64,000 bases of DNA from the human T2T-CHM13v2.0 reference genome, Homo sapiens. Shown in pieces: positions 28,126 to 42,930 of the stretch. Below the pieces are notes generated by a model, which had not been told where the DNA came from, did not search any database, and was given only the letters and a program-made list of their open reading frames with translations. Each line of letters starts with the position of its first letter. Within the stretch, counting starts at the first letter, position 1. The translations under genes and the position numbers were made by a program. The stretch lies in assembly GCF_009914755.1 (NCBI RefSeq), contig NC_060926.1. One strand, written 5' to 3'.

Positions 28126-29464
28126 GTCTAGAATTGAGAGGTTGGCAAACCTTCTCTGTTAAGAGGTAGATAGTAAATATTTTAGGCCTTCTGGGCTACA
28201 AAGAGTATCTGTTACATATTTTTTATTGCTTTTCATGACCCATTAAGCATATATATATCATTCTCTGCCATATACAAACAGGCTGTTGGGGGAGTGAGGA
28301 TGATGTAGGGAAGGTGGGGCATGGTTTAATAACCCCTGGGCCATGCCTAGATGATCAGTCCTCTGCCACATAGCTGGCTGACCTTTGCCAAGTTAATCAC
28401 CTTTTACCTTTATTTTCTCATGTTTCTAATAAAACAGAGACGATAATATTCATACTTCTTACCATATAGAACTTCTGAGGATTCAGTGAGCAAAGCCACA
28501 AAAGATGGTATGTCACAATATCTGGGATATAGCTAGAATTTATAATTTATTTTTACTCTGTTGATAGGCAATGGGAAAACAGTAAGAGGCAGACCAACAG
28601 TGATCCAGGGCTCTGAAAGCTAATTGCTTCAAGATCCTGCTACCATTTTCTTTTGGGCCGCTTGCAAAGAAGAATCCTTTGACTGAAGCATGTATGTACA
28701 CTCTGAAGTACAGCCTGGGTTAGTCTCTTATAAGGGATCGGATCATTGCTCAGCCTCTCCCTTGAGTGGCACTTAGAAAATGGCGCTATTCGTAAGCTGA
28801 CTGGTATTGGGCCCAGGACTCTGGCTGAAGGGGTGGGCATGCTGGTAACCATTTGCAACCTATGCTCAGGTCCTACTTGTTGGGAAGCCCTGATTGAGAA
28901 GAGTGGCCTGGTCTGTGCTGGCATTAGATAGGATCTGGCTGCATTAATATTGAAACTACTCTGCCTTTTAATGTCTCATTTTGCCTCATGGTGGGAGTGA
29001 AAGTGAGAACCACAGAAAATCTGCCTGCCAGGTGTTCCACATTTCTTGTGCTACAGCATGCAAGTGAGCAGTGAGGTGTACCTTTTCCTCATGTAGCTGG
29101 GAAAGCAATACCCCTGCTTGTACCTCTGGCATATCTTCTCTGTGCTGGTGCACCTAGAGAGGTTGCCTGGTGGCCCTGAGAGAGCCATCTCATCACTAAA
29201 CACTGATGGTGAAAGCTGGCCATGCTCAAATAAGATGTAGCAATCTACCTCTTCTTTGTCTAGTTACCCCCAAGGGGGCATCCACTTTCTTGCTCACCTC
29301 ACCAGTTGCATGTTCTAGTCCTTGCCAGAAGCACATAATAATGACTTTGTAAGCTTAAGTTACAGGCACACAAAAGGGCCTGATGGTGATATGACTCCAC
29401 CCTCCCCGTTTTTGCTGACATTCCGCCAAATATCCTTCTGTCTCCTCCCCACCTTGCAAAACAA

Positions 29465-29472
29465 ACTTCCTG
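29465..29472 (-). promoter_or_regulatory. ETS-family motif upstream of the MGAT5 ATG exon
   Basis: ACTTCCTG (reverse CAGGAAGT) about 270 bp upstream of the exon acceptor. MGAT5 transcription is known to be Ets-responsive, but function of this particular site is inferred. Confidence 0.4.
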
Positions 29473-29738
29473 TTTTGAATTTGGTCCAGGCTGGAACAGC
29501 CCCACTACACCTGTTAACACACGCAGACGCACACTTCCCCCTTCATAATTGCTTAGCTTCTTGTTGCCTAGCCAGATTTCCCCTCAGCTTACAGTTCCTG
29601 AATCATAAGATATTGAACCAGCAAATTTAAGAGTTGACATTTTACTTAGAGGTATTCAAGTGAAAACATGGCTTCTGGTTTATTTTGCTGTATTGTGCCA
29701 TGACCACTTGGCTAATTCTTCTCCTCCTTCACAGCAGA

Positions 29739-29783
29739 ATGGAAGTGAGGAAAGGCAACCAGCTGACACAGGAGCCAGAGTGA
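29739..29783 (+). other. uORF1 in MGAT5 5' UTR (MEVRKGNQLTQEPE*)
   Basis: ATG in context cagaATGG (A at -3, G at +4), TGA at 29781-29783; translation not demonstrated. Confidence 0.6.
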
Positions 29784-29814
29784 GACCAGCAGACTCTCAC
29801 ACTCAACCTACACC

Positions 29815-29844
29815 ATGAATTTGTGTCTATCTTCTACGCGTTAA
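29815..29844 (+). other. uORF2 in MGAT5 5' UTR (MNLCLSSTR*)
   Basis: ATG in context caccATGA (A at -3), TAA at 29842-29844, 32 nt before the main ATG; translation not demonstrated. Confidence 0.6.
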
Positions 29845-29876
29845 GAGCCAAGGACAGGTGAAGTTGCCAGAGAGCA

Positions 29877-30117
29877 ATGGCTCTCTTCACTCCGTGGAAG
29901 TTGTCCTCTCAGAAGCTGGGCTTTTTCCTGGTGACTTTTGGCTTCATTTGGGGTATGATGCTTCTGCACTTTACCATCCAGCAGCGAACTCAGCCTGAAA
30001 GCAGCTCCATGCTGCGCGAGCAGATCCTGGACCTCAGCAAAAGGTACATCAAGGCACTGGCAGAAGAAAACAGGAATGTGGTGGATGGGCCATACGCTGG
30101 AGTCATGACAGCTTATG
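29877..30117 (+). CDS. MGAT5: MGAT5 (GnT-V) first coding exon, aa 1-80 plus 1 nt: cytoplasmic tail, type II TM anchor, start of stem
   Basis: Translation MALFTPWKLSSQKLGFFLVTFGFIWGMMLLHFTIQQRTQPESSSMLREQILDLSKRYIKALAEENRNVVDGPYAGVMTAY is the recognised GnT-V N-terminus; Kozak gcaATGG; donor G|GTAAGC at 30118; 241 nt, phase 1. Confidence 0.98.
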
Positions 30118-30917
30118 GTAAGCACTGTTTCTGGGACCTCTCCATTAAAGTGTGCCTTGGCCTTGAAATGGCCCTAGAAGCTCCCAGATATGGTCTTGTC
30201 ATGGACTGAATGTCCTTTGCCACTGCCTTCATAAGCAGTGAATTGCACACAGAGAGGCATCTTTAGGAAATTAAAGCAATGCCATTTTGGGGGTTCTGAG
30301 CTGGTGTATGCAGACACACTTTCCCCTGGAGTCAGTGGGTTAGTATAGTTAGGGCTCTATTGGTTGTGTTTGCAGCTAGCTCCTTCTCCCTGAACACATT
30401 TCAGGAACCATGTGATCTCATGTGGGAGTGAGTTCAGGGAATGCTGAAAAATATTCTCATCTTTCCCTAAACAAAACTTAATTAAGGCTGGTGGGGGTGA
30501 GGTGAAGAGGATGGGGAGGAATGTTCTATGGAAGCCAGTAAACTTAGAGCCAATTGTGTTCCTCCCTCCAGCCAATAAATATGACACTGGCACTTGCATG
30601 CTGGTGAGTTTTAACCTTTGGCTTCTTGAGGTTATGTTGCTCTTCTTCTTGCCCTTGTCTCTAACTGCCCTCACTTTGAAAGGAATCTTTGTGTACTTGT
30701 TGCTTTTTCTTTAAAGAATTTTTTTCAGAATTCTTTTTGAAATCAGAAAGAGTAAAAAAATACACATATGGGATGTAACTTATTTTTCTTTTATGTTTAA
30801 TATAGAAAAAGTTGGAAGCTGTAGACAAGCAAAAAAAGAAAAAAATTACACATAAGTCTACTACTCCAGGCAATAACCACAATTAACATTTCAGTGTGTA
30901 TTTTTCTGATACTTTGC

Positions 30918-31028
30918 ATACACACACAAATATATATATACATATATATACATATATACATATATATACACATATATACACATATATATATACACACACA
31001 TATATATATACATACACATACACACACA
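30918..31028 (+). repeat. Compound (TA)n/(CA)n/(TACA)n microsatellite
   Basis: About 110 bp of almost pure purine-pyrimidine alternation. Confidence 0.95.
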
Positions 31029-32448
31029 AATACTTGGAAAAAAATTGCAAATGGAATTTAGATCATGCTGTGTTTTGCAGAGCAGACTTGGTCTGTAGAA
31101 GATGACCTGTTGTTGAGTGACAAGAGTCTGATCATTGAATTGAGGTTTCAGTGGTCTCACTGAAGTGGTCTCCCTGATAGTATAGATGAGATGCAAGAAT
31201 GGGGTTAGGTGAGGTGGAGAAAGTGGAGTTGTGTTTTGTGACCCACTCAAGGAAGGTGCCCTGAAGTATGCCGATTTCAAATCGTGATTCCCAAAAATGT
31301 GCAGCAACAGTTCAGTTCAGTGCAGGTTGAGTTCAGACACAGGAAATCATACTCAGTTATACATGTGCTTCTTTCTTTCCAAAAGGGGAAAAAAACTTGT
31401 TTTTAAAAAAGTATGTAAAATTTTATACACACGTATGTGTATGTGTGTGTGTGTATGTGTATATATTAGAAGATGCTTACTTCTGAGGAACATTTTAGAA
31501 ATTCTTTTCTAGTTCTTACTATGTAAATAATCACACTCTGCATTTAATCTGTTAAAAGTGTCTGTAGGCATTGGCTTTTAATATATCTAAAAAAATGGTA
31601 CCTTTTTTGAACTGATGGATTTAAAAAATGAGATTCCACTGTGGGAGCTTACACTGAAAAGTAACTAGGTAGTTTTTCCTAGAGTTGCATTTTAAAATTG
31701 CTCATTGACTCACATTTGTGTAACATTTCCAGAGTAGTTTAGATAAACCAACAGAAAATAAAGCTGATTGTCACCATTAGTGTTACCAATGTATATGACA
31801 CAGCAGGTAACACAGGTGCAGTTTTAAAGTTTCTGGTTGTATGCATTTCATGTTACAGCTTTGAAGGGAAAGAGTTACAGCTCAGTGGTAATTTTCTCTT
31901 GTTTCTCTCAGTCTGTCAAACCTTTTCCATGGGCAAGAAGAAGCCCCACAAATAGCAAATTTATAGGCTTTAAATTTCTCCAGTTGTTTTGGCTGTTTGT
32001 ATTTCTTGTGTATTGATAAAAATCTCACAGGGAAGGCTTCCCCACATTTTAAAGGACAATAATTTGGTCTTAGCTTTTCAGCCTCACAGAAATATTATTT
32101 TTTAAGTTACAAAAAAATCCCAGAATAGGCTGTTAGAATTTCAGCCACCTTATATGCCTGTAATCATAAGACTTTGCATCTCAAAGAAACTATAGAAATT
32201 ATTTATTCCAACTTACTTTCGTAGATGAACCTTAGCAAAATAATTTGTCTTTTTCTCAAAAACAACAAAGAAACAATCAAACAGGTCACATCAGCAACTC
32301 TAACTGACACTGCTAGTTTTCTCTTTCATCGAATCAACTTTAACGTATCAAAGTGGTTTTGGGAGCTGAGTTTCTGGAATTTTTATTGGACTTGTATGTA
32401 TGTGCTTGAGGTACTGGGGGGTTATCACATGGTGAGATCCTACTAAGA

Positions 32449-32626
32449 CAGTGTCTCATTTGGTGCTATTGACTTTTGGTCTAAATAGGTCTTGATTGTG
32501 GTAGGATTTCAGCAGCATCTCAGGGGTCTCTACCCACTAGATGCCAGTAACAGCTCCCTAGTTGTGACAATCAAAATGTCTTTAGACATGTGATAATTAT
32601 CCCCTTCCTGCCACCTTGGAGAACTG
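32449..32626 (-). mobile_element. MER20 (internally deleted)
   Basis: CTCTACCCACTAGATGCCAGTA and AGTTGTGACAA.CAAAATGTC match the MER20 reverse complement. Confidence 0.8.
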
Positions 32627-32702
32627 TACTAAGAGTGGAAGCCACAAACGCTATCTGACATCATCTTTTTAAGGATGTTATCAAGCAGATAACTGGTTTT
32701 AG

Positions 32703-33067
<365 letters not shown>

Positions 33068-33862
33068 TGAACAAGAGGATTGTACTAGGGATTAGTTAGT
33101 ATAGTCCAGGGCCAGTCCTAGAAGCTGGAGAGCCATTCTGATGATATATGCTTCCCTTGGAATCTGTCAGTATCAGTAACATTGTGTGACATGCAGGCAG
33201 CTCTGGTAGTTAATGTCACATGCTGGTGCAGAGACTGTAGGATTCTCAGTGGTATAGCTGGGCTGGCAGAACAGTGATGTGGATGCATAGGCCATTAGTT
33301 TGCAGTCTCTTTTTTTTTTTTTTTTTTTTTTTTTGCCATAAATGCAGCCTATGTGCAGTGCATTGCCTACACATCTGCTTTGAGAGTGAAGAGTTGATCC
33401 TGTATGGCTAGGATTTGTGTCTGGTTTAAATGAATCCAGCAAAAAGAAGAAAAAAATTCCTTCTTTATCTCATCCCCATATTGGTATAATCAGAGGCTTT
33501 TAGGATAAATGGGTATACAGTAGGTATTTGAGGGATTGTAGTAGCTGATTTTAGATGATTGCTGATTTATTAGAATTTCTGGTTAGAGATTCCAAGGCAG
33601 CAGGGCTCGGTGAACTATGACCTATGCGCCAAATTCAGGACCTTTGTCTGATTGTGTAAATAGTTTTATTGGAACACCTCCACTCCCATTTGTTTGTAAC
33701 AAATGCAATAACAGATAAACACGGTAATTCCAGTATTTATTTCATAAAACATCTGAAACATTCTGAATCCATCAATCAGCAGTCACCATGGTTATTCTAA
33801 ATACTCATCTGATCAAGTTCCTTATTGATTCAACTATTTCCCAGGACTCCCATGGTCTAAGG

Positions 33863-34059
33863 CAGAGTCAGCAAACCATGGCCTACGGGCCAAGTCTTCC
33901 TTGGTACCTGTGTTTGTAAAGAAAGCCATGCCCATTTAATTATATGCTGTCTATGGCTGCTTTTGCACTATAGTGGCAGAGTTGAGTAGTTGTCATACAG
34001 ACTGCAAAGCCTAAATATTTACTGTCTGGTTCTTTACCAAAAATGTTTATCAGTCTCTG
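33863..34059 (+). mobile_element. MER58A-like hAT-Charlie element
   Basis: CAGAGTCAGCAAACCATGGCC..GGGCCAA, GTCTATGGCTGCTTT, GGCAGAGTTGAGTAGTTG, AAATATTTACT.TCTGG; a further 5' fragment lies near 33601-33695. Confidence 0.8.
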
Positions 34060-37000
34060 ACCTAGATAGTCTCTGGGTGAGTCTCTCTCTCTACTGGATT
34101 TTGTGTGTGTGTGTGTGTCCCAAGTCTCTTTCACGCCTGTGTTTGGATTCGCTCACGACATCTTCATAAGGTGCACACATAAAATGTAGCATTTCTCTGC
34201 CCTCTGAAAATGCTTCTTCTAAGTGGCAGGTCGAGAGTTGTAGTGGTTAGGAGCATGGGTTTGGAGCCAACTGGTTTGTCTTTGCCACATCCTGTCTGCA
34301 TGGCTTAGGCCCTAGAAGCACAAAACTGCTTTAAAGTGGGGTGTCAGTGCCTCTCACCAAGGACTGTGAGACATGAGCAAAGTGCTGTGTGTCAGGTGCC
34401 TGACATTGTGTGCTTGTTGTTGGCTGTTAGTGTGACTTGTGACTAGTACTCAAACAATAATAGAACTTGAAGAGTATCTTCCCTTCCCCAACCCATCCTT
34501 GTTTTGGTGATTTGAAAAGAGACTTCTGACCTTCTTTGGGATTTGGCAACTCCAAAGTGATACTCAGAACTCCCGGGCAGCCCGTGTGGAACATTCAGTG
34601 CGTTTGTTCTTGGAGTGTGGAGGGCTTTTCTGTGTATTAACTCTGTCAGTCCAGAGAGGAGTGTGTTGGCTTTTGCCTCCCAGGCAAGTGTAGAGCCAGA
34701 GCCCTCTGCAGGTCAGCCCCATCTGCATCTCCCAGCCAGTGTGGCAGGGGCCATGCCTGCCAGTGACGTCTCGGGAATTGTGTCATGGATGGTGCCACTC
34801 ACCCGAGTCAATGCTATTCTTGTTTCTGAGGTGAATTGATCTCTGTCTCCAGCAGCCTGACCCAAATTCTGATCCCTAGTGATCACCTCTTATCTAACAG
34901 GACAAACCCGGTCCACTTGTGTTCTCTAATGAACAGTAATGGAAATCTGAGGCAAGGTGACATTTCCCCTTATGGTCCATCCACACGTTGTTAACCCTGG
35001 CTTCTCTGGGCTGGGGTACTGTCCTAGAAAAGCTGCCAGCTCAGGCTCAAGCAGCTGTGGGCTCCCAGCTTCTCTCTGCCGACCCCCATCCCACTTTGCC
35101 TGCTGCCTGTTTCCTCCTTGACCTCCAGGTTCTGTGTGCCTGTTCTTCCCTACGTTCTGCCTGTCTCCTGGTTCCCTGAGCTTTTTAGTCCTGGACTGGC
35201 CCTTTGGCTTCTGTCTTTCAAGCCTGGTCCTTCAGGAAATGTCTGTCATTGGCTGGAATATCCCCCACATTTTGTGCATACAGTGAGAAACAGATGGACA
35301 AAGGCCCTGCTCTCATAGATGCTTTGTTTTCTTTGGAAGGGAGAAATAATAAGCAAGAGAAAGTCAGATAGCAGTACATTCCAGGAAGAAAAATGGTGAT
35401 AGGGTTTAAAATATCTGAGGGGCTACTTTGCACTAGAAGGTCACCTCTCTGGAGGTATCTTTTAACCAGAATGACACACGGAGCAGCCAGGTACAGTGGA
35501 AAGAGAGAGGTGGAGGCAGAGCATGCCAAGGAGAAGGCACGGCGTATGCTAGGTCCTAAGGCCTACTCCAGGGTAGAAGGGAGGCCACTGTAGCTAGAAC
35601 GAAGCAAGCAAGCAGTGGCATGGAAGGTGTTGAGGCAGTGAGAAGCCGGCAGCTTATGCAGAGCCCTGTAGGCTATGACTTCTGGTATCAATATGGATGT
35701 TCTTATGCAGAAACCAGATGTTGACCTCACCCTATAGTTCACTGCTTTCTCTATGGGAGGAAGGAAGTTTTTTCCTTAAGGAGGCACACACGCCGGTTGG
35801 AGAACCAGCATAGGGCTTTTGGTTGCTGGTTGGGGGCAGTGGAGAGGTAACTGCTTTGGACTTCCGATTGGCCCTCATTGGCTTGGGATGCTATGTCTAA
35901 GATGTTAATACCATTTAGGGCTGCCGAAGATTGCTCTGAAAGGTTAGCAGCTGCCCTGTGTTGCAGATCCAGATAACGTTCTGAGATTCGAATGAGAGCT
36001 TTTGCAAGTGTTTCCTTCCACCTCTCTTGTGAAAAAGGAACAAAAACAGGTTGGATTTCATTAAAGATGCAAGCATGTAAAGGGTTTTTTAGTTTGTTTT
36101 GTTTTTCCACTTTTTTTTTGTGTCTCTCTTCCTACAAATAGGGAAATATGGTCAAGGAATAGGAATGGTTTCTTTTTTCTTTTTCTTTTTTTTTTTTTTT
36201 TGAGGGCTGGGACTGTTGTGGGATAATGTGGAAAACCACTGTTGCCAAAGTAGAAATCCCCTGCCCTTGAGGGAAATACACTGTTCTTGAAGTGAAAATG
36301 GTAGGGAAAAAAATAGCTGGGCTGTTCAGTGTGTCTGAGAAGGCTTTTAGTTACTGTATGGTGACGTGGCTGGTGTGATTAAAGAAAGGGCTTTCTGCTT
36401 TAAAAAGCTTGGAACCTAAAAATGGGCCTCTCTGTGGCTTGGGACTTTTCCAGCCATCCTGTGGTAGAGTCCAGCCTGCCCAGTATCCTCATCAAAGCCA
36501 GGCCAAGTTCACAAGCACGCCCAGGCCAGTCAAAAGGTCTGAGGAAGACCTCAGAAATGTTTTAGACAGGAGGAGTAAACTCAGAATAAGGGGCTCATTC
36601 TTCTACCCCTCAGTCATTAAGACCCTTTCTTTCATGCAGCACCACTACTTCAAGTCTGGATTGAGGAGGGATTGCACGCACATGTGTGAGGTTGGAGTCT
36701 CAATCTCAATGTGATTGTCATTGCCATGTTCAAACGATGAGGCTTAGAATGTCCCTTGTCTTACCTGATGGTCATAGCTCTCTATGACCCTCTGCTTCTT
36801 CCCAGCTGTGTCCTGGTGCTCTTTTGCTGTCAGAAGTGCTTGAGCAGACCTCTTGCTGCTGTGGACACCCTAAAAAGCTCCGCACCCCCTCAAGTCTACT
36901 AAGGCATGGTGGCTCTCTTCTAGGACAAGACTGTTGGGTGGTGGCTGAGCATTCGCCTGTCTTTGAGCGTCTGCATTTGCTCTCCCCCACCCCTTCCTCT

Positions 37001-37149
37001 CTTCCTTCTTTGTTTGTAAATAAAGTTGGTTAGAACACAGCCATGCGCATTCCATTCTGTTTCAGAGAAGTTAGCCTTCCCTCCTTCACAGGAGGGCCCA
37101 AACCCACTGTTACTCTCATTCTTTATAACACTCAAGCTACTTAGCATCA

Positions 37150-37295
37150 AGTATTTGTTGTATGAGCTGATCATGTGTCTCTCCCACTTACAATGTAAGT
37201 TCTGAAAGAGGAGGGACTTTGGTCTGTTTTGTTCCCCACTGTGCCCCAGAGCTTAGTACCTTTTGCCTGGCACATAGTAAGAGCCATGAATGAAT
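37150..37295 (+). mobile_element. L2 3' end fragment
   Basis: AATGTAAGTTC...GAGGGACTTTG.TCTGTTTTGTTC...GCCTGGCACATAGTA...TGAATGAAT. Confidence 0.75.
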
Positions 37296-37691
37296 AGCAG
37301 CAGCCCCTGGTGAAACTCTGTGATGCTCTGTGTGGTACAGTTACAGCTGGGACTCATTTGAAAATCACAGTAATGTTTTTAGTGAAGCAGGAAATGAGAA
37401 GAAATTCCCTATGGGCTCTGCATCTAAGAGGCTCCAAGTAGCTCTTATGCATGATCCTAACATGGGAACCATTGTTTATTCTGGAAGGTAGTTAGTGTTT
37501 CTGTTGGGCGGATGGAACACATTGTGTTCCTTACTGATGTGTGACCTTGAACAAGTCACCGATCATCTTAAAGCTTACTTCCTCTTTTGTAAAACAGACA
37601 ATATAATATCATTTAACCTCATAGGCTTGTTGTAAGGATTACAAATGACAAAGTTTATTAAGGCACTTAGATTAATTTAGATTATTCTTGT

Positions 37692-38178
<487 letters not shown>

Positions 38179-39499
38179 TAAAATGCATTCATTCCTATTA
38201 GTAATCACTAACTCTGGCTTGAATGTACCTGCATCTGTTACCACCCAGGCATAACTGTTCATGTAGATCTGACGTTGTTCATTTGTTTGAACACAGGGCT
38301 TCAGCAACCTGTTTATGTAGCTATTCTTAGCATTTACAGGGGTAGAGCCTGACCAGACATGAGAGGAAATATGCTCTGTTTCAGAAGAGGTCAGGCTTGC
38401 CACCACCCTACTAAACTAGGAGATGTGGTTGTCATTGCCCTGTTCAAAAGATACAGTTTTCTTCTGTGGGCTGTAAGATAAGCTGGGTATGGCCAAGTTC
38501 ACCTTTGGATCTAACCAGGGCATTGGTGGTGGTGGTGTTTCTGGCATGGTACAGCAAGCAGGAAGCAGTAGTGTGCGAGGCCACCCTTTCCAAGAAGGTA
38601 CGGGCCCTGGCATCAGGTGGGGGACAATGGATAACAATAGGCTTGACCTCTCAGCACTTCTCTGATTCCTTATCTTTTCTATAAAAAAGGCTAAAATTCT
38701 TGGTTCCTATTCCCTGCAGCTGGCTACATGTTAGGAAAATTCAAAGAATAGCTTAAGAACTCTATTCAGGTTCCATAAAGCACTTAATATCATCAACAGG
38801 CCTAGAAAGGATCTTTTACCAGATTTTGATGCATGGAAACTTCCTCAATAGTAATGACACCCTCTGCAACACCTTAGGAAAAACATTCGCTTCTGGGCAC
38901 AAGTTCTGGTGAAAGCTTAAATCTGTAGTTCTAACCCAGAAGAGAAGGCTAGTCAGTGTTGCTGAGCATCTGAGCTGCTCTTTGACTTTGGTGATAATTG
39001 TTTTATGCCCTTTTCTGTCCAGAATCTGCTGACTGGGACAACTGCAGGGTGGAAGCCACCTTTTTGTCAGTTCAGGAGCAGGCAAATTATCTAACATGTG
39101 GCTTTAAAATTCAAATGAGATAAGGCAGTAAGGGTCACTAAGATGTTTCTGGTGGGTATTGCCTTACATGACTTTAGGGTACTGGTGGCACTATCTTTGA
39201 TTCTTAAGAGTACAATTCATTGTACTATGTATATATATTTAAAATAACACTTAATGCCTTTGTGACTTTGAAAATAATGTGAATTTTTATGTAAAATTAA
39301 AGCATATGAGGAAGTATGGAGAAGAATAAAGAATAAATACACTCTTTACCTCTAAATGCAGATCTTACCAGATAAAATTGATTTCCCTTTAGTTCTTTAA
39401 AAAAAAAAAGTGATACGTACATGTGTGTATATGTGTATATATGTACATGAATATATGCTTTTTTAAAAATTAAGATACTGCATTTCCTTATGCCATTAG

Positions 39500-39844
<345 letters not shown>

Positions 39845-41369
39845 TTATCCATCTACTTAACAAATATTTATTGAACTCCTGATATTAATAGCTAGTGGCT
39901 GTAAACAGAGATGACAAGCAGACTTGGTCTCTGCCCTCCCTAAGTTTACAGTCTAGTGATTTATTCTATCTTATGAATGGCTGACATAATGTAATTTAAT
40001 CTTTTTATTTTGTGTTTGGGTAATTTCCAGTTCTTATCTGTAATAACGCTATTTTATAAATAACACTGCTTTGAATGTCCTTGTACATAATAAATGGACT
40101 GTATTTGGGTCATTACTGTAACTCTATTATCTTTCTGTGGAAAGATCACTCTAAAATTAATTTAAAAATATATAATTGATGAAACTTGACATTCCTGACA
40201 GTCAATGGAAATAAGAGGTTGAGGTTAATTCTTTTTTCAATAGCACCTTCCTTTCTCATTAACGCCCTGTCTTTGCCAGTTTCTCCAGAGCAGCAAGTGA
40301 AGCTGCTCTGTGGCTCTGTTGTTCATGCTCTGCCTCTCGGGCAGCCATGGTGAAAGGGATTTGATTCATGAGCAGGCACAGATGTAAATAATTTTTGGCA
40401 TTTCAGATGTAAGACCTTGCTCATTGCGTAGTTGGTTCTGTGCCATAGTATCATGGCGGCCGTACCTTCACAGTAGATCTCAACCTTGGCTGTGCCCTAA
40501 TCCTTGACGGACTCTGCAGATCCGGATTTAGTGTGTTGAAGATGCAACCTGGTAACTGACTGCACAAAGTGAGTCTGATGCACAGCAGGGCTAAGAACCA
40601 CTGCTTTAGAAGCATGTTCCAGGAAAAATGGGGTGGTGGACAGCATAGCTCCCAAGCATGGCCATTTTTGATAATTCCTCAAATACGGATTGATTTTGAT
40701 GATCTGGGAAATGAAGGTTTACCACCCAGTCTCACAGCATTAGCTGATAGATCTATAAACCTTATTCCACCAGCAGGGCCCTCCTTTTTACTGAGATCCC
40801 ATCTCCTTGAATTCCAGAGATGGAGAAAAGTGTGACTTGCAGTTATAGCTCCTTGGCTGTCTGCTCAAGGATGTGTCTGTCAGGCCCTTCCAATCACTTC
40901 TTACCCATCAATACCATGGCTTCCTGGAAATGAAAACTTAACAGAAGCTGTCAAATAACCTGTTCCAATGCAGTTTAATCGACCTTACCATTTATCAAAG
41001 AATGCTGGCATGATAGAAACCAAAGCCTGCTTTCCCCAGAGAGACATTTTAAATGTTTTTCAACTACTTTGATCTCGTCTTCATCATGTACAGTAAGTTT
41101 TAGGAATGCAGAATTGCAGTAGTAATGTTGGGATTAAATTTTTATTGCAAAGGCTTTGAAGCACAAACAAAATTTTAAAAGCTCATTAGTAATTGAAAAT
41201 GATAATCTTGTTGAGGACGCATTTTATGGCTATAATAACTATAAGACGCAATGAAATATTAAAATATACTAGAATTTGGAGTAATATTTTTCTATTTTTA
41301 TTAAACTATAGAAATTATTTGTACAGTTGTATTGAACAAAAGGGTTACCATTAGGATTAAAACACAAAT

Positions 41370-42003
<634 letters not shown>

Positions 42004-42699
42004 TGTTATTTCTTTAAAGTTGTGATAAAACTGTTAACAGTTTTTGGAGGTTTAACAGTAAAATACAAAGGTGCAAAATAATTTCATTGCCCGGAAAGGT
42101 ATAATTTATTGAGCCTTATTTGTGAGAGTACTATAGTTTGTTTCACTCATTCATTTGTTCACTTACGTAACACATGCTTAATGTGCCTAGCACTGTATAA
42201 TGATACAGATATGGGCTTGGCGTCATCTCTGTCATTGTGTTTTTTATTAACAACATCCTTAATCTTGGGTTGGCTGCTTTGAAATGGTGACTCAGGTAGC
42301 TGCTTGAGTTGAAAATGAACTTTTTTCTTTCATATTGGGAGAGAAAACATGCCTACCTAGGTAAAGTGCTTAGAGAATTCAAGGTTTTTAGTAGGCTTAT
42401 ATTCCGTCTTCATTTTAAGGGAGAAGATAAAGAAAGAGTCTTAATTTTAAAAAAATCTTGGATCACTTGATGTATCTGGTAGTCTCCAGTGTCAGCTGGT
42501 GGATGTTTAGTGATACTGGGTCGGGTGGACAGAGTTACCACAGGACAGGGACATGAGTGAGTCTTAAGAGTGATTGGTATATGTTGTTACACAAACACAT
42601 GGCAAAATCCCAGAGGTTATTCCCTAACAAGTAGATTCAGGGGGAGCAAGTCAGAGATGCTTGCTGGTGGACAGGTCCATTGTAGTTCTTAAGAGGTGG

Positions 42700-42930
42700 T
42701 GAAGCATGGTGGGTAAGAGCCATCAGCCCTGGAACCAGACTGGGTTTGAGTCCTGGATCTGTAATCACCTCTGCTAAGTTATTTAGCCTCTCTGTGCTGT
42801 GATTTATTCATTTGTTAAGAGGGGCATAGGGATGATCACATGCTCCTCAGACTGTCTTGGTAGGATTAAATGAATTAGTTCATGTAAAGTGCTCAGCACA
42901 CTGCCTGGCATATAGAAAGTTCAATAAGTG
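42700..42930 (+). mobile_element. MIR SINE
   Basis: GGAACCAGACTGGGTTTGAGTCCTGG, AAGTTATTTAGCCTCTCTGTGC, GGATTAAATGA, TGTAAAGTGCTCAGCACACTGCCTGGCA. Confidence 0.8.

Larger units (their letters stand above)
29735..29876 (+). other. MGAT5: MGAT5 5' UTR part of the ATG-containing exon
   Basis: Branch-like GCTAAT, pyrimidine tract TTCTTCTCCTCCTTCA, then tandem CAG|CAG acceptor (exon start 29735 or 29738). Confidence 0.75.

Noticed and set aside
29841-30125. 94-aa ORF antisense to the MGAT5 first coding exon
   Set aside because: Shadow ORF on the reverse strand of a real exon; no recognisable protein or independent signals.
30118-30209. C-terminal extension (GKHCFWDL...) of the 110-aa ORF
   Set aside because: Lies past the GTAAGC donor; intron read-through, not MGAT5 protein.
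30797-31307. Tyr/Ile/Cys/His-rich ORFs
   Set aside because: Artefacts of the (TA)/(CA) microsatellite.
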